Source: Betaproteobacteria bacterium | GTDB taxonomy: Bacteria > Pseudomonadota > Gammaproteobacteria > Burkholderiales > SG8-39 | DNA: 64,000 nt | NCBI GenBank assembly: GCA_016195915.1 | Contig: JACPYS010000063.1 | Coordinates: 10,388 to 74,387 of the forward strand | Direction: 5' to 3' | Part shown: positions 9,524-19,142 of the stretch, in pieces | Layout of the letters: the number at the start of each line of letters is the position of its first letter | How positions within the stretch are numbered: the first letter of the stretch is position 1 | Notes under the pieces: generated by a model | Told to the model about the DNA's origin: nothing | Databases searched by the model: none | Seen by the model: the letters and a program-made list of their open reading frames with translations, nothing else | Made by a program: the position numbers and the translations under genes

Positions 9524-9814
9524 TCAGCTGACGCCCTCGACGAAAATCACGTTCGACTTTGCGGCCTTCAGCCGGATTGCGAGCACAGGACCGTAGTCGG
9601 GAGAGTCGTACCACTTGCGTGCCTGGTCCATCGAGGGAAACTCGAGGACCACGACGCGCTTGGGCGACCAGTCGCCCTCCCTGGTTTCGACCGCCCCGCC
9701 GCGCACGAGGTACCTGCCGCCATGCCTGGCGACGGTTTCGGGCACGCGCTTCGCGTACTCCTGGTAAGACTGCGGGTCGGTAATCTCCACTTCGCCGATG
9801 ACGTATGCGGACAT
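9524..9814 (-). CDS. DUF1330 domain protein
   Basis: 96 aa, MSAYVIGEVEITDPQSYQEYAKRVPETVARHGGRYLVRGG...VVLEFPSMDQARKWYDSPDY matches the recalled DUF1330 pattern. Confidence 0.85.
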   Translation of the reverse strand: MSAYVIGEVEITDPQSYQEYAKRVPETVARHGGRYLVRGGAVETREGDWSPKRVVVLEFPSMDQARKWYDSPDYGPVLAIRLKAAKSNVIFVEGVS

Positions 9815-9827
9815 GCGCGCTCCTCGA

Positions 9828-11168
9828 TCAGGCCAGTCCGGATAATCTTAGCAGCAGTCCGGCCCCTCCCATGGCCAGGATCAGCGGAATCAGTCCCGCC
9901 TTGAAGCGCACCAGCGCAGCGAGCGCTGCCCCCGCGAGCGCCATCGATATCCAGCCGGGAGTTCCCGCAAATCCCTGCGGCCAGAACACGTGTTTTGCGA
10001 AGAACAACGCGAGACTGACGATCACGCCCACCACGGCCGCAGTGATGCCGGTGAGCGGCGCGGTGAATTTGAGATCGCCGTGCGTGGATTCGACCAGCGG
10101 TCCGCCGACCAGAATGAACACAAAGGACGGCAGGAACGTGAAGAACGTGGCGACGCTCGCCGCGGCTGCACCCGCAAGAAACAGGCTCTCGGGCCCGAAC
10201 AGCGCTTTCGTCCAACCGCCGACGAATCCGACGAACGCCACCACCATGATGAGCGGGCCGGGCGTGGTTTCGCCCAGCGCGAGCCCGTCGATCATCTGCG
10301 TTGCCGTAAGCCACTGGTGCTGCTCCACGGCGCCCTGATAAACATAGGGCAGCACGGCATACGCCCCGCCGAAGGTGAGCAGCGCCGCCTTGGTGAAGAA
10401 CCAGCCGATCTGAAAGAGCGTTCCCGTCCACCCGGAGAACTCGACCAGGGCAAGCATCGACGCGAGCCAGATCGCGAGGCCGGCGCATGCGTAACCGGCA
10501 ACGCGGCTGAGACGGTAACGGGCATGTTCGGGCGTGGGTGTGTCGTCATCGATCAGCGCCGGGCCGTATCCCTTCTGCGTACTCCCGTGGCCGCCTCCGG
10601 ATGAAAATATTTTCGGCACCAGACGCCCGCCGACCGCGCCTATGAGGCCCGCGCCAATCACGATCGCGGGAAACGGAACTTCGGCGACATAGATCGCGGC
10701 GAATGCCGAAGCGCTGATGGTCCAAAGTGCCGGATGCCTGAGTGCGCGCGAGCCGATGCGCCAGGCGGCTGCGAGCACGATCGCCACGACTGCCGGCTTG
10801 ATGCCGTAGAGCAATCCCGCGACGGCCGGCACGCTGCTGTAGGCCATGTAGATCCAGGTGAGGGCGATCAGGATGAACAACGATGGCAGCACGAACAGGC
10901 CGCCCGCAACGATCCCGCCCCAGGTGCGATGCATCAGCCAACCGATGTACGTGGCGAGCTGCTGTGCTTCCGGGCCCGGCAGCACCATGCAGTAGTTGAG
11001 CGCATGCAGGAAACGGCGCTCGGAAATCCAGCGCCGGCGCTCGACCAGCTCCTGGTGCATCATCGCGATCTGGCCGGCGGGGCCGCCGAAGCTGATGAAG
11101 CCGAGTTTCAGCCAGTAGCCGCAGGCTTCGGCGAAGGAAACTTCTTTGGGAGTTTCGGGCGCGTCCAT
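9828..11168 (-). CDS. chrA: Chromate ion transporter (CHR family)
   Basis: 446 aa polytopic protein. N-terminal FGGPAGQIAMMHQELVERRRWISERRFLHALNYCMVLPGPEAQQL and a duplicated second half (FGGAYAVLPYV) are typical of ChrA. Confidence 0.88.
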   Translation of the reverse strand: MDAPETPKEVSFAEACGYWLKLGFISFGGPAGQIAMMHQELVERRRWISERRFLHALNYCMVLPGPEAQQLATYIGWLMHRTWGGIVAGGLFVLPSLFILIALTWIYMAYSSVPAVAGLLYGIKPAVVAIVLAAAWRIGSRALRHPALWTISASAFAAIYVAEVPFPAIVIGAGLIGAVGGRLVPKIFSSGGGHGSTQKGYGPALIDDDTPTPEHARYRLSRVAGYACAGLAIWLASMLALVEFSGWTGTLFQIGWFFTKAALLTFGGAYAVLPYVYQGAVEQHQWLTATQMIDGLALGETTPGPLIMVVAFVGFVGGWTKALFGPESLFLAGAAAASVATFFTFLPSFVFILVGGPLVESTHGDLKFTAPLTGITAAVVGVIVSLALFFAKHVFWPQGFAGTPGWISMALAGAALAALVRFKAGLIPLILAMGGAGLLLRLSGLA

Positions 11169-11257
11169 GGCTCTCTCCTCTCAGAGGTGTGCCGCAGAGC
11201 TTGGACGCACCGGCGTCTTGGGAACCCGGGAGCCTGCGACCCCGGACTGTGCGTAGC

Positions 11258-11293
11258 GTATCACGACCCGCATCACGACCCGCATCACGACCT
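11258..11293. repeat. 3 x 12-bp tandem repeat (G[T/C]ATCACGACC[C/T])
   Basis: gtatcacgaccc / gcatcacgaccc / gcatcacgacct read directly. On the minus strand each unit holds an in-frame TGA at the end of the regulator gene. Confidence 0.9.
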
Positions 11294-12316
11294 ATTGCGC
11301 GCGTGCCCCAGCCACGACAACGCCGCGGCGATCGACTCGCTGGCGCCCGCTTCGGATGCGTCGTAACCGGGAAGTGCCGCGACCGACTCGGCGAACTCGG
11401 TGCTGCGCAGCGCGTGGCGCAGGGCCTGGAAGCCGGCACCACGCAGAGTCACCCGCGAGGCGGCGAGAAAGTACCGCTCGGTCGCCAGCGGAACGAAATC
11501 CAGCCGATAGCGCGCCGCCGCTGCGCGCAGGCCGAACCCCGCATCGGCTCTTCCCTCCGCAACCTCGGCGGCTACCCGCAGATCGGCGTTGGCGTGGTCC
11601 GACTCGCCCTCCCGGCCCGGCGGGCGGTTGATGAAGCGCACGCGCGGCCGGGCGAGGTCGTGCACGCTGCGGATGCGCGAGCCGTGTCGCACGATCAACC
11701 CCTGCTCGCGCGCAACGAAATGCACCAGATGGTGCTTCCTGGGATCGAGCCAGCGCCCGAGGGCTGCCGCGGCCGCCGCGGCACGCGGCAAAGCGTCGGC
11801 GACGTGAAATCCCGCCAGGTCACACTGCCCGCGCGCGAGCGCGGCGAGGCTGTCGTCAGCGCCTTGAAACTCGATTTCCAGGTCCAGCCGTGAAGTGCAG
11901 ATGCGGGCAAGCTCGCCGAGCGCGAGGTCGTGGCTGGCGCGAAGAGACAGGCGGGGCCTGCCGGGGAGGGCTTCGGCAAGGATCTCGCGCACCTCGTTTC
12001 GCAGGCGCCCGAACGGCCCGCCCAGGGCGGCGCGCACGCGCGCGTCGACCTCCAATACCCGGCGGCCGATCGGCGTGAGTTTTGCGCCGCGCCCGCGTCC
12101 CATGTCCACGAGCGGCGCCCCGAGGGCCTGCGCGCCTTCGCCGAGCAGGCCCCAGGCGAAGCGATACGAAATGCCGATGGCGTGCGCGGCGACCCGCAGC
12201 GAGGCGGCGCGAGAGAGCGCGTCGAGCAGCCGCGTCAGGATGATGCCGTGTTCGCGCGGCAGTCCGTCGCCGGTGAGCCAGCTCGGGTCGAATTCGATGC
12301 CGGGCGTTTTATGCAC
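11285..12316 (-). CDS. ModE-type HTH regulator fused to a periplasmic-binding-protein-like domain (putative oxyanion-responsive)
   Basis: GTG start. LRVAAHAIGISYRFAWGLLGEGAQALGAPLVDMGRGRGAKLTPIGRRVL resembles the ModE N-terminal HTH. About 230-aa C-terminal PBP-like part. Divergent from tupBCA. Confidence 0.7.
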   Translation of the reverse strand: MHKTPGIEFDPSWLTGDGLPREHGIILTRLLDALSRAASLRVAAHAIGISYRFAWGLLGEGAQALGAPLVDMGRGRGAKLTPIGRRVLEVDARVRAALGGPFGRLRNEVREILAEALPGRPRLSLRASHDLALGELARICTSRLDLEIEFQGADDSLAALARGQCDLAGFHVADALPRAAAAAAALGRWLDPRKHHLVHFVAREQGLIVRHGSRIRSVHDLARPRVRFINRPPGREGESDHANADLRVAAEVAEGRADAGFGLRAAAARYRLDFVPLATERYFLAASRVTLRGAGFQALRHALRSTEFAESVAALPGYDASEAGASESIAAALSWLGHARNRS

Positions 12317-12373
12317 GAATCTGCCTATTACGGATCATGGAAATAGTGGTCTATATTGCCCTGCGAGATTCAG

Positions 12374-12393
12374 ATATGCAATTGCAAACATAT
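12374..12393. promoter_or_regulatory. Inverted repeat ATATG-N10-CATAT in the regulator/tupB divergent intergenic region
   Basis: cagATATGcaattgcaaaCATATaagg with internal palindrome TGCAATTGCA. AT-rich island in GC-rich DNA. TATAT-type half sites recall ModE operators. Confidence 0.3.
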
Positions 12394-12428
12394 AAGGACC
12401 TTGGCCGCAGGCCCGGGCCGGGGCAGGC

Positions 12429-13133
12429 ATGGACACAATCCTGCAAGCGGCGCGCGGCGCGTTCGACCTGATCACCTCGGGCGATCGGACGCTTGCGGAG
12501 ATCGTCCTGCTCAGCCTGAAAGTGAGCATCTCCGCGGTGGTGCTCGCGACCCTGCTCGGATTACCGCTTGGCGCCGCGATCGCGGTCGGTCGCTTCCCCG
12601 GAAAGCGCGCGGTCGTCGTGTTGTTAAACGCGCTGATGGGCCTGCCGCCCGTCGTTGTTGGGCTGGTGGTGTACCTGTTGCTCTCGCGCGCCGGTCCGCT
12701 CGGGGGCATGGGACTACTGTTCACGCCGCGCGCGATGGTGCTCGCGCAGGCGATCCTGGTCCTGCCCATCATCGCGGCCTTGTGCAGGCAGGCCGTGGAA
12801 GATGCCTGGATCGAGTATCAGGAGCAGTTGCGCTCGCTGGGGGCCGTGGGGTTTCGCGCTGCGCTCACGCTCGTCTGGGATATCCGCTTTTCGCTCCTCA
12901 CCGCGATTCTGGCCGGTCTCGGTCGCGCCTCTGCCGAGGTCGGCGCGGTGATGATCGTCGGCGGCAACATCGACGGCGTCACGCGTGTCATGACCACGAC
13001 AATCGCCCTGGAAACATCGAAAGGGGACCTTCCGCTCGCCCTGTCGCTGGGCATCGTGCTGATCGCGCTCGTCATCGCGCTCAACGCGGCAGCCATGTAT
13101 GTAAAGGAAGCCGCGCAGCGGCGCTACGGCTGA
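12429..13133 (+). CDS. tupB: Tungstate ABC transporter permease
   Basis: 234 aa, 5-6 TM helices, ABC permease of the CysT/ModB type. Operon with a TupA-like binding protein. Confidence 0.8.
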   Translation: MDTILQAARGAFDLITSGDRTLAEIVLLSLKVSISAVVLATLLGLPLGAAIAVGRFPGKRAVVVLLNALMGLPPVVVGLVVYLLLSRAGPLGGMGLLFTPRAMVLAQAILVLPIIAALCRQAVEDAWIEYQEQLRSLGAVGFRAALTLVWDIRFSLLTAILAGLGRASAEVGAVMIVGGNIDGVTRVMTTTIALETSKGDLPLALSLGIVLIALVIALNAAAMYVKEAAQRRYG

Positions 13134-13858
13134 TGCACGCATCCGCATGCATTCTTCCCCTCGCGCTGCGCGATGTCTGCTTTTCTGCCGGCGGGCGCGC
13201 AATCATCGATCGCGTTTCGGTGGAACTTGCCGCCGGTCCGAGCACCATCATCCTGGGCGCGAACGGGGCTGGGAAGAGCGTGCTGATGCGCCTGATGCAC
13301 GGGCTGCTGCAGCCGACGTCCGGGGAGATCGCGTGGAGCGAGCGCGACGAGGCGCGGCTGCGGCGCATGCAGGCGATGGTGTTCCAGCGCCCGGTGATGC
13401 TGCGCCGCTCGTCGCTCGCGAATATCACCTACGCGCTTGAGATCGCGAGAGTTGCACGATCGGAACGCGAACAGATTGCCGTTGAAGCGCTGGAGAGCGT
13501 CGGCCTGATGCCGCTCGCGCACCGGCCCGCGCGCGTGCTCTCGGGAGGTGAGCAGCAGCGCCTCGCGCTGGCGAGAGCTTGGGCGCTACATCCGGAAGTG
13601 CTGTTTCTCGACGAGCCCACCGCGAGTCTCGACCCGAGCGCGACGCGCGAGATCGAGATGGTGATCCGTGCGTTCGACGCCGCCGGAACCAAGATCGTGA
13701 TGGCGACGCACAACCTCGGTCAGGTGCGCCGGCTCGGCGACGAGGTGCTGTTCATCCATCAGGGGCGGCTGGTCGAGTGCGCGCCAGTGGCGCGGTTTTT
13801 TTCACACCCGGCTTCCGCGGAGGCTGCGGCATTCGTGAAAGGAGAACTGCCATGGTAG
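13133..13858 (+). CDS. tupC: Tungstate ABC transporter ATP-binding protein
   Basis: TGATG overlap with tupB. Walker A GANGAGKS, signature LSGGEQQR, Walker B LFLDEP. Confidence 0.85.
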   Translation: MHASACILPLALRDVCFSAGGRAIIDRVSVELAAGPSTIILGANGAGKSVLMRLMHGLLQPTSGEIAWSERDEARLRRMQAMVFQRPVMLRRSSLANITYALEIARVARSEREQIAVEALESVGLMPLAHRPARVLSGGEQQRLALARAWALHPEVLFLDEPTASLDPSATREIEMVIRAFDAAGTKIVMATHNLGQVRRLGDEVLFIHQGRLVECAPVARFFSHPASAEAAAFVKGELPW

Positions 13859-14661
13859 TGATTGTCAAGGCGTTGTTGATCTTGGCGGCACTGGCCTTCC
13901 CGGCGCACGCGCAGCAGAAATTCATCACGCTGGCCTCGACCACCTCGACCGAGCAATCGGGATTGTTCAGGCACCTGCTGCCGATGTTCGAGAAGAACAC
14001 CGGAATCCAGGTGCGTGTGGTGGCGCTCGGCACGGGGCAATCGCTCGACATGGGAAAGCGCGGCGACGCCGACGTGGTGTTCGTGCACGCCAAGCCGCTG
14101 GAGGAGAAGTTCGTCGCGGAGGGCTTCGGCGTGAAGCGCTTCGAAGTCATGTACAACGACTTCGTGCTGGTGGGACCGAAATCCGACCCAGCGAAGGTGG
14201 GCGGCACCAGGGACATCGTGGCTGCGATGCACAAGATCAAGGCTGCGCGAGTGCCGTTCGCCTCGCGCGGCGACGCGAGCGGCACTCACTTCGCCGAAGT
14301 CGAACTCTGGAAGCTCGCCGGCATCAACATCGCGAAGGACAAGGGGCCGTGGTACCGCGATACCGGCTCGGGGATGGGACCAACCTTGAACACCGCGGCA
14401 GGCATGAATGCCTACGCACTTACCGACCGCGGCACCTGGCTTTCGTTCAAGAACCGCGGCGATCTGGTGATATCGGTGGAGGGCGACCAGAGATTGTTCA
14501 ACCAGTACGGCGTGATGCTGGTAAACCCGGCCAGGCATCCACACGTGAAAAAGGAGATGGGCCAGGCCTTCGTCGACTGGGTGATCTCGCCCCAGGGTCA
14601 GACAGCCATCGCCGGATACAAGATTGGCGGCGAGCAGCTTTTCTTTCCGAACGCGAAATGA
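13852..14661 (+). CDS. tupA: Tungstate-binding periplasmic protein
   Basis: Overlaps the tupC end. Signal peptide. LASTTSTEQSGL...VVALGTGQSLDMGKRGDADVVFVHA...VMYNDFVLVGPKSDPA matches the recalled TupA signature (TTTS-type motif). Confidence 0.8.
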   Translation: MVVIVKALLILAALAFPAHAQQKFITLASTTSTEQSGLFRHLLPMFEKNTGIQVRVVALGTGQSLDMGKRGDADVVFVHAKPLEEKFVAEGFGVKRFEVMYNDFVLVGPKSDPAKVGGTRDIVAAMHKIKAARVPFASRGDASGTHFAEVELWKLAGINIAKDKGPWYRDTGSGMGPTLNTAAGMNAYALTDRGTWLSFKNRGDLVISVEGDQRLFNQYGVMLVNPARHPHVKKEMGQAFVDWVISPQGQTAIAGYKIGGEQLFFPNAK

Positions 14662-14711
14662 ACACGCGCTGACCTGGCGCGATGCCGCTACGCTATATTC
14701 CATGAAACAAA

Positions 14712-15473
14712 ATGACGACACCGGGCATGGACGAGATCGTAGTAGCGGCGCTCGCGGCGGGAATGCTGCTGGCTGCGTTCGGCTATGCGTCGGTCGGCCA
14801 TGGCGGTGCGTCGGCCTATCTGGCGGCGATGGCACTTGCCGGGGTCGCTCCCGAGGAAATGCGGCCGATCGCACTGACGCTCAACATCCTCGTCTCGGCG
14901 ATCGCGACCTGGAAGTTCCAACGGGCGGGGTATTTTCGCTGGCGGCTGTTCTGGCCTTTTGCCGTTGTTTCGATCCCCCTCGCCTACGTGGGCGGTGCGA
15001 TCAGCCTGCCGGGGCATGCCTATAAGGCGCTGGTCGGCGCGGTCCTCGTCTATGCCGCGTGGCAGCTATGGCGCAGCGCTCGCGCAGGAGACGAGATGCG
15101 CACGGTGCACGCACCGCCGATAAATTGGGCCATGGCGATCGGCGCCGCGATGGGCCTCCTGTCCGGACTGACCGGAGTCGGGGGCGGGATCTTCCTCAGC
15201 CCGGTGCTCCTCATGCTCGGCTGGGCGGGGACCAAGCAGACCTCTGCCGTCGCAGCGCCCTTCATCCTGGTGAATTCCATCGCCGGTCTGGCAGCGGGAT
15301 TTGCCGCAGGGACGGCGTCGCTGGGGCAGGAGATCTGGGTCCTTGCGGTAGCGGTCCTGATTGGCGGCTGGACGGGGGCCGAGTACGGCAGCCGGCGATT
15401 TGCCAATCCCGTGGTCCGGCGGATGCTGGCCGCGGTGCTGGCGCTTGCAGGAGCGAAGATGGTTCTGGTGTAG
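14712..15473 (+). CDS. TauE/SafE-family anion (sulfite-type) exporter
   Basis: 253 aa, about 8 TM. GYASVGHGGASAYLAAMAL and GLTGVGGGIFLSPVLL are repeats typical of DUF81/TauE. Confidence 0.8.
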   Translation: MTTPGMDEIVVAALAAGMLLAAFGYASVGHGGASAYLAAMALAGVAPEEMRPIALTLNILVSAIATWKFQRAGYFRWRLFWPFAVVSIPLAYVGGAISLPGHAYKALVGAVLVYAAWQLWRSARAGDEMRTVHAPPINWAMAIGAAMGLLSGLTGVGGGIFLSPVLLMLGWAGTKQTSAVAAPFILVNSIAGLAAGFAAGTASLGQEIWVLAVAVLIGGWTGAEYGSRRFANPVVRRMLAAVLALAGAKMVLV

Positions 15474-15483
15474 ATTCCGGTCT

Positions 15484-15978
15484 ATGAAGACCATCGGAAT
15501 CGCCGGATATTCGGGCAGCGGCAAGACCACCCTGATCGAGAAACTGATCCCGCGCTTCGTGCGGCGGGGCATGCACGTTTCGCTGATCAAACACGCGCAC
15601 CATAGCTTCGACGTCGATCAGGCCGGCAAGGATTCGTACCGCCACCGCCACGCCGGCGCTACCGAAGTGCTGGTGACTTCGTCGCGGCGCTGGGTGCTGA
15701 TCCACGAGTTGCGCGGGGCGCAGGAACCACCGTTCGAGGAACAGGTGAAGCACCTCGCGCCTTGCGACCTGCTGATCGTCGAGGGGTTCAAATTCGCGCC
15801 GATTCCGAAAATCGAGGTCTGGCGCGCGGTGACTGGGGAGTCGTTCCTGCACCCGAACGACCCGTACATCGTTGCCGTGGCGAGCGATGCGAAGCTGGGC
15901 ACGGCGCTGCCCTTGCTCGAGCTCGACGACGATGCGGCAATCGGGGAATTCATCCTGAATCACGTGGGGCTCGCATGA
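15484..15978 (+). CDS. mobB: Molybdopterin-guanine dinucleotide biosynthesis adapter protein
   Basis: MKTIGIAGYSGSGKTTLIEKLI P-loop, HAHHSFDVDQAGKDSYRH, LLIVEGFK. Confidence 0.9.
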   Translation: MKTIGIAGYSGSGKTTLIEKLIPRFVRRGMHVSLIKHAHHSFDVDQAGKDSYRHRHAGATEVLVTSSRRWVLIHELRGAQEPPFEEQVKHLAPCDLLIVEGFKFAPIPKIEVWRAVTGESFLHPNDPYIVAVASDAKLGTALPLLELDDDAAIGEFILNHVGLA

Positions 15979-17180
15979 ACGAGGGGATGCTCTCGGTCGA
16001 TCAGGCGCTCGAGGTGTTGCTCGCAGGCGCGCGGCCGGTGGGTGATGTCGAGGAAGTGCCGACGCTGCACGCGTCGCAGCGCGTGCTCGCGCGAGCACAG
16101 CATTCCGCGATGGACGTGCCGCCGATGGACAACAGCGCAATGGACGGCTACGCGGTTCGCGTCGCGGATCTGGGCAATGGCGATACCCGCATGCGGGTTT
16201 CACAACGCATTCCGGCCGGCACAGTCGGCGCCGCACTCGAACCCGGGACTGCGGCGCGAATTTTCACGGGGGCGGCGGTGCCCCTTGGCGCCGATGCGAT
16301 CGTGATGCAGGAGCACTGCGCTGCCGACGGCGATCACGTGTCGGTGAAACACAAGCCGCAGCGCGGCGAGTGGATCCGTCACGCGGGAATGGACGTGAAG
16401 CGGGACGCGGAAATCCTTGGCGCAGGCATGAAGCTGCGGCCGCAGGACATCGGCCTCGCGGCCTCAGTCGGCATCAAGACTCTGCCCGTGCACCGTAAGG
16501 TCCGCCTTGCGCTGTTCTTTACAGGTGACGAGTTGGTGATGCCCGGAGACCCTTTGCCCCCGGGGCGTATTTACAACTCCAACCGATTCACATTGAACGG
16601 CCTCGCGCAGGTCTACGGCTGCGAAATTCGCGACTACGGCATCGTTCCCGATGACCTCGCAGCGACGCGGACGGTACTGCGGCACGCGGCCGCGGAGAAC
16701 GACGTAATCGTCACCTCGGGCGGGGTGTCCGTGGGCGACGAAGACCACGTCAAACCGGCGGTCGAGGCGGAAGGCGAACTCCTCATGTGGCGCATCGCTA
16801 TGAAACCCGGCCGGCCGCTCGCGTTTGGAAGGGTCGGCGGCGCGGCCTTCATCGGCCTGCCGGGAAATCCGGTCTCGAGTTTCATCACCTTTCTGGTGTT
16901 CGTGCGCCCGTTCCTGCTGCGCACGCAGGGGGTGGCGGAGGTTGCGCCGCGTTCGATCGGGCTTCGTGCCGGCTTCGACTGGTTGAAGCCCGATTCGCGC
17001 CGCGAATTTCTGCGCGTAAAATTGAACGCTTCCGGCGGGCTCGATCTATACCCTACGCAGGACTCGGCAGTGCTCACCTCGACCTCGTGGGCCGATGGAC
17101 TGGTCGACAATCCCGCCAATCATGCGATCCGCACGGGCGACGAGGTGCGCTTTCTGCCGTTTGCGGAGTTGTACAGGTGA
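15975..17180 (+). CDS. moeA: Molybdopterin molybdotransferase
   Basis: ATGA overlap with mobB. PPMDNSAMDGYAVR, TGGVSVGDEDH and GLPGNPVSSF motifs. Confidence 0.92.
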   Translation: MNEGMLSVDQALEVLLAGARPVGDVEEVPTLHASQRVLARAQHSAMDVPPMDNSAMDGYAVRVADLGNGDTRMRVSQRIPAGTVGAALEPGTAARIFTGAAVPLGADAIVMQEHCAADGDHVSVKHKPQRGEWIRHAGMDVKRDAEILGAGMKLRPQDIGLAASVGIKTLPVHRKVRLALFFTGDELVMPGDPLPPGRIYNSNRFTLNGLAQVYGCEIRDYGIVPDDLAATRTVLRHAAAENDVIVTSGGVSVGDEDHVKPAVEAEGELLMWRIAMKPGRPLAFGRVGGAAFIGLPGNPVSSFITFLVFVRPFLLRTQGVAEVAPRSIGLRAGFDWLKPDSRREFLRVKLNASGGLDLYPTQDSAVLTSTSWADGLVDNPANHAIRTGDEVRFLPFAELYR

Positions 17181-17434
17181 AAGTGAAAGTTCTCTATTTC
17201 GCGGGGTTGCGCGAGCAACTCGGCCAGGCGGGTGAAGAACTCGAGTTGCCCCCCGGGGTTTCGACGCTCGCCTGGCTGCGCTCGCACCTGATTTCGCGCG
17301 GTGGTACGTGGCAGAGCGCATTCGCGGCGACGCGGTTGGTGCGCGTGGCGATCAACCAGGACATGGCCGAGGCGACCGCGCCGGTGCGCGCGGGCGACGA
17401 GGTCGCATTCTTCCCGCCGGTGACCGGAGGCTAG
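17177..17434 (+). CDS. moaD: Molybdopterin synthase sulfur-carrier subunit
   Basis: GTG at 17177 (or 17183) overlaps the moeA stop. VKVLYFAGLREQLG... with C-terminal PPVTGG. Confidence 0.88.
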   Translation: MKVKVLYFAGLREQLGQAGEELELPPGVSTLAWLRSHLISRGGTWQSAFAATRLVRVAINQDMAEATAPVRAGDEVAFFPPVTGG

Positions 17435-17435
17435 C

Positions 17436-17903
17436 GTGGCGATCCGCGTTCAACGCGAGGACTTCGACGCGGGCGCAGAGATCCGCGCCCTGGGTGGCAA
17501 CCCGAAAATCGGCGCGGTCGCGAGTTTCATCGGCCTGGTGCGTGACGAGAACGACGGCAGCGCGGTGGCCGCGATGACGCTCGAGCACTACCCGGGCATG
17601 ACCGAAAAGGCGCTCGCGGGAATCGTTGCGCAAGCCGAATCCCGCTGGGAGGTGCTCGGGTGCACCGTGATCCATCGCTACGGCGAACTCAAGCCCGCCG
17701 ACCAGATCGTTCTGGTAGTGGTTGCTAGCGGCCATCGCGGCGACGCATTTGCCGCCTGTGAGTTCATCATGGATTACCTCAAGACGCAGGCGCCGTTCTG
17801 GAAGAAGGAGCAGACCCCGCAAGGCGCGCGCTGGGTGGAGGCACGGGGGACCGATGATCGTGCGGCAGAGCGCTGGCGGGGCAAGGAACCCGACGCTGCA
17901 TGA
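17436..17903 (+). CDS. moaE: Molybdopterin synthase catalytic subunit
   Basis: GTG start 1 nt after the moaD stop. ASFIGLVRDE...LEHYPGMTEKAL...KTQAPFWKKE. Confidence 0.9.
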   Translation: MAIRVQREDFDAGAEIRALGGNPKIGAVASFIGLVRDENDGSAVAAMTLEHYPGMTEKALAGIVAQAESRWEVLGCTVIHRYGELKPADQIVLVVVASGHRGDAFAACEFIMDYLKTQAPFWKKEQTPQGARWVEARGTDDRAAERWRGKEPDAA

Positions 17904-17933
17904 TCAGGTTGCAGGTGCCGCAATGAGGGCGCG

Positions 17934-19139
17934 ATGACCGAATTCTGGGCGCTCGCGGCCCTGTGGTTCGCACTCGCGCTTGCCGCTGCGCTGTTGTCGA
18001 TCTGGTTGCGGGTCGCGACCGCACTGTCGGAAATCATCGTCGGCACGATCGCCCAGCTGTTGATCGGCGCGCTGATCGGAACGGCCGCGCTGGGCGCCGA
18101 TCAGGGCTGGATCAAGTTCCTCTCCGGTACGGGTGCGATCGTATTGACGTTTCTCGCCGGCGCGGAACTCGATCCCGAGGTGTTCCGCCGCAAATGGAAG
18201 GAGGCGACCGCAGTCGGGCTGGTGAGCTTTTTTGCGCCTTTTTTGGGCTGTGCGGCGGCGGCGCGCTGGCTGCTCGGCTGGGACCCGGCCGCGAGCTGGC
18301 TCGCCGGCATCGCGATGTCCACCACTTCGGTCGCAGTGGTGTATGCCGTGATGATCGAGTTTGGCTTCAATACGACCGACTACGGCAAGACGGTGCTCGC
18401 GGCGTGTTTCATCACCGACCTCGGGACGGTGGTCGCGCTCGGCCTGATCTTCGCTCCGTTCACCCTGAAGACGGTGCTGTTTGTTGGCGTGCTCGCGCTC
18501 GCTTGCATTTCCCTGCCCTGGCTCACGCCGCGGTTTTTCCGGCGCTACGGTGGCCGTCCGTCCGAGATGGAGGCGAAATTCCTGCTGCTTTGCCTGTTCG
18601 CGCTGGGCGCGCTCGCAGCCTGGGCCGACAGCGAGGCCGTGCTGCCTGCGTACCTGATGGGAATGGTGCTCGCCGGGACGGTGGGCAAGGACCATGTTCT
18701 GGTGCGCAGGCTGCGTACACTGTGCTTCGGGTTGCTCACGCCTTTCTACTTCATCCGTGCGGGTGCATTTGTGTCCGTGCCCGCGCTGATTGCGGCGCCG
18801 GGTGCGTTCCTGCTGATGCTGGTAGTGAAAGTGTTCACCAAGATCACCGGGGTGTACCCGGTCACGCAGGCGTTTCGTTCGCCGCGCAAGGAGGGGATGT
18901 ACACAACGTTGCTGATGTCCACCGGCTTGACCTTCGGCACGATCTCCGCCCTGTTCGGCCTGTCGCACCGGATCGTCGACGAGGCGCAGTATTCGGCGCT
19001 GGTTGCTGCAGTCATCGCGAGTGCGGTGGTGCCTACGCTGATCGCCAATGCCTGGTTCATGCCGCGACATCTGCTGGCGCGGGACGAACCGGCAATGGTC
19101 ACCGCCGCGACGTCACAGGCCGGACCGAAGGGGGGATGA
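17934..19139 (+). CDS. Cation:proton antiporter (CPA family, no regulatory domain)
   Basis: 401 aa, about 11-12 TM. LSEIIVGTIAQLLIG and FLAGAELD motifs of Na_H_exchanger type. Confidence 0.8.
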   Translation: MTEFWALAALWFALALAAALLSIWLRVATALSEIIVGTIAQLLIGALIGTAALGADQGWIKFLSGTGAIVLTFLAGAELDPEVFRRKWKEATAVGLVSFFAPFLGCAAAARWLLGWDPAASWLAGIAMSTTSVAVVYAVMIEFGFNTTDYGKTVLAACFITDLGTVVALGLIFAPFTLKTVLFVGVLALACISLPWLTPRFFRRYGGRPSEMEAKFLLLCLFALGALAAWADSEAVLPAYLMGMVLAGTVGKDHVLVRRLRTLCFGLLTPFYFIRAGAFVSVPALIAAPGAFLLMLVVKVFTKITGVYPVTQAFRSPRKEGMYTTLLMSTGLTFGTISALFGLSHRIVDEAQYSALVAAVIASAVVPTLIANAWFMPRHLLARDEPAMVTAATSQAGPKGG

Positions 19140-19142
19140 TCA

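Noticed and set aside
12317-12428. Moco riboswitch upstream of tupB
   Set aside because: Only 112 nt must also hold two divergent promoters, and I could not recognise the conserved Moco-motif stems. Operator-type control is more likely.
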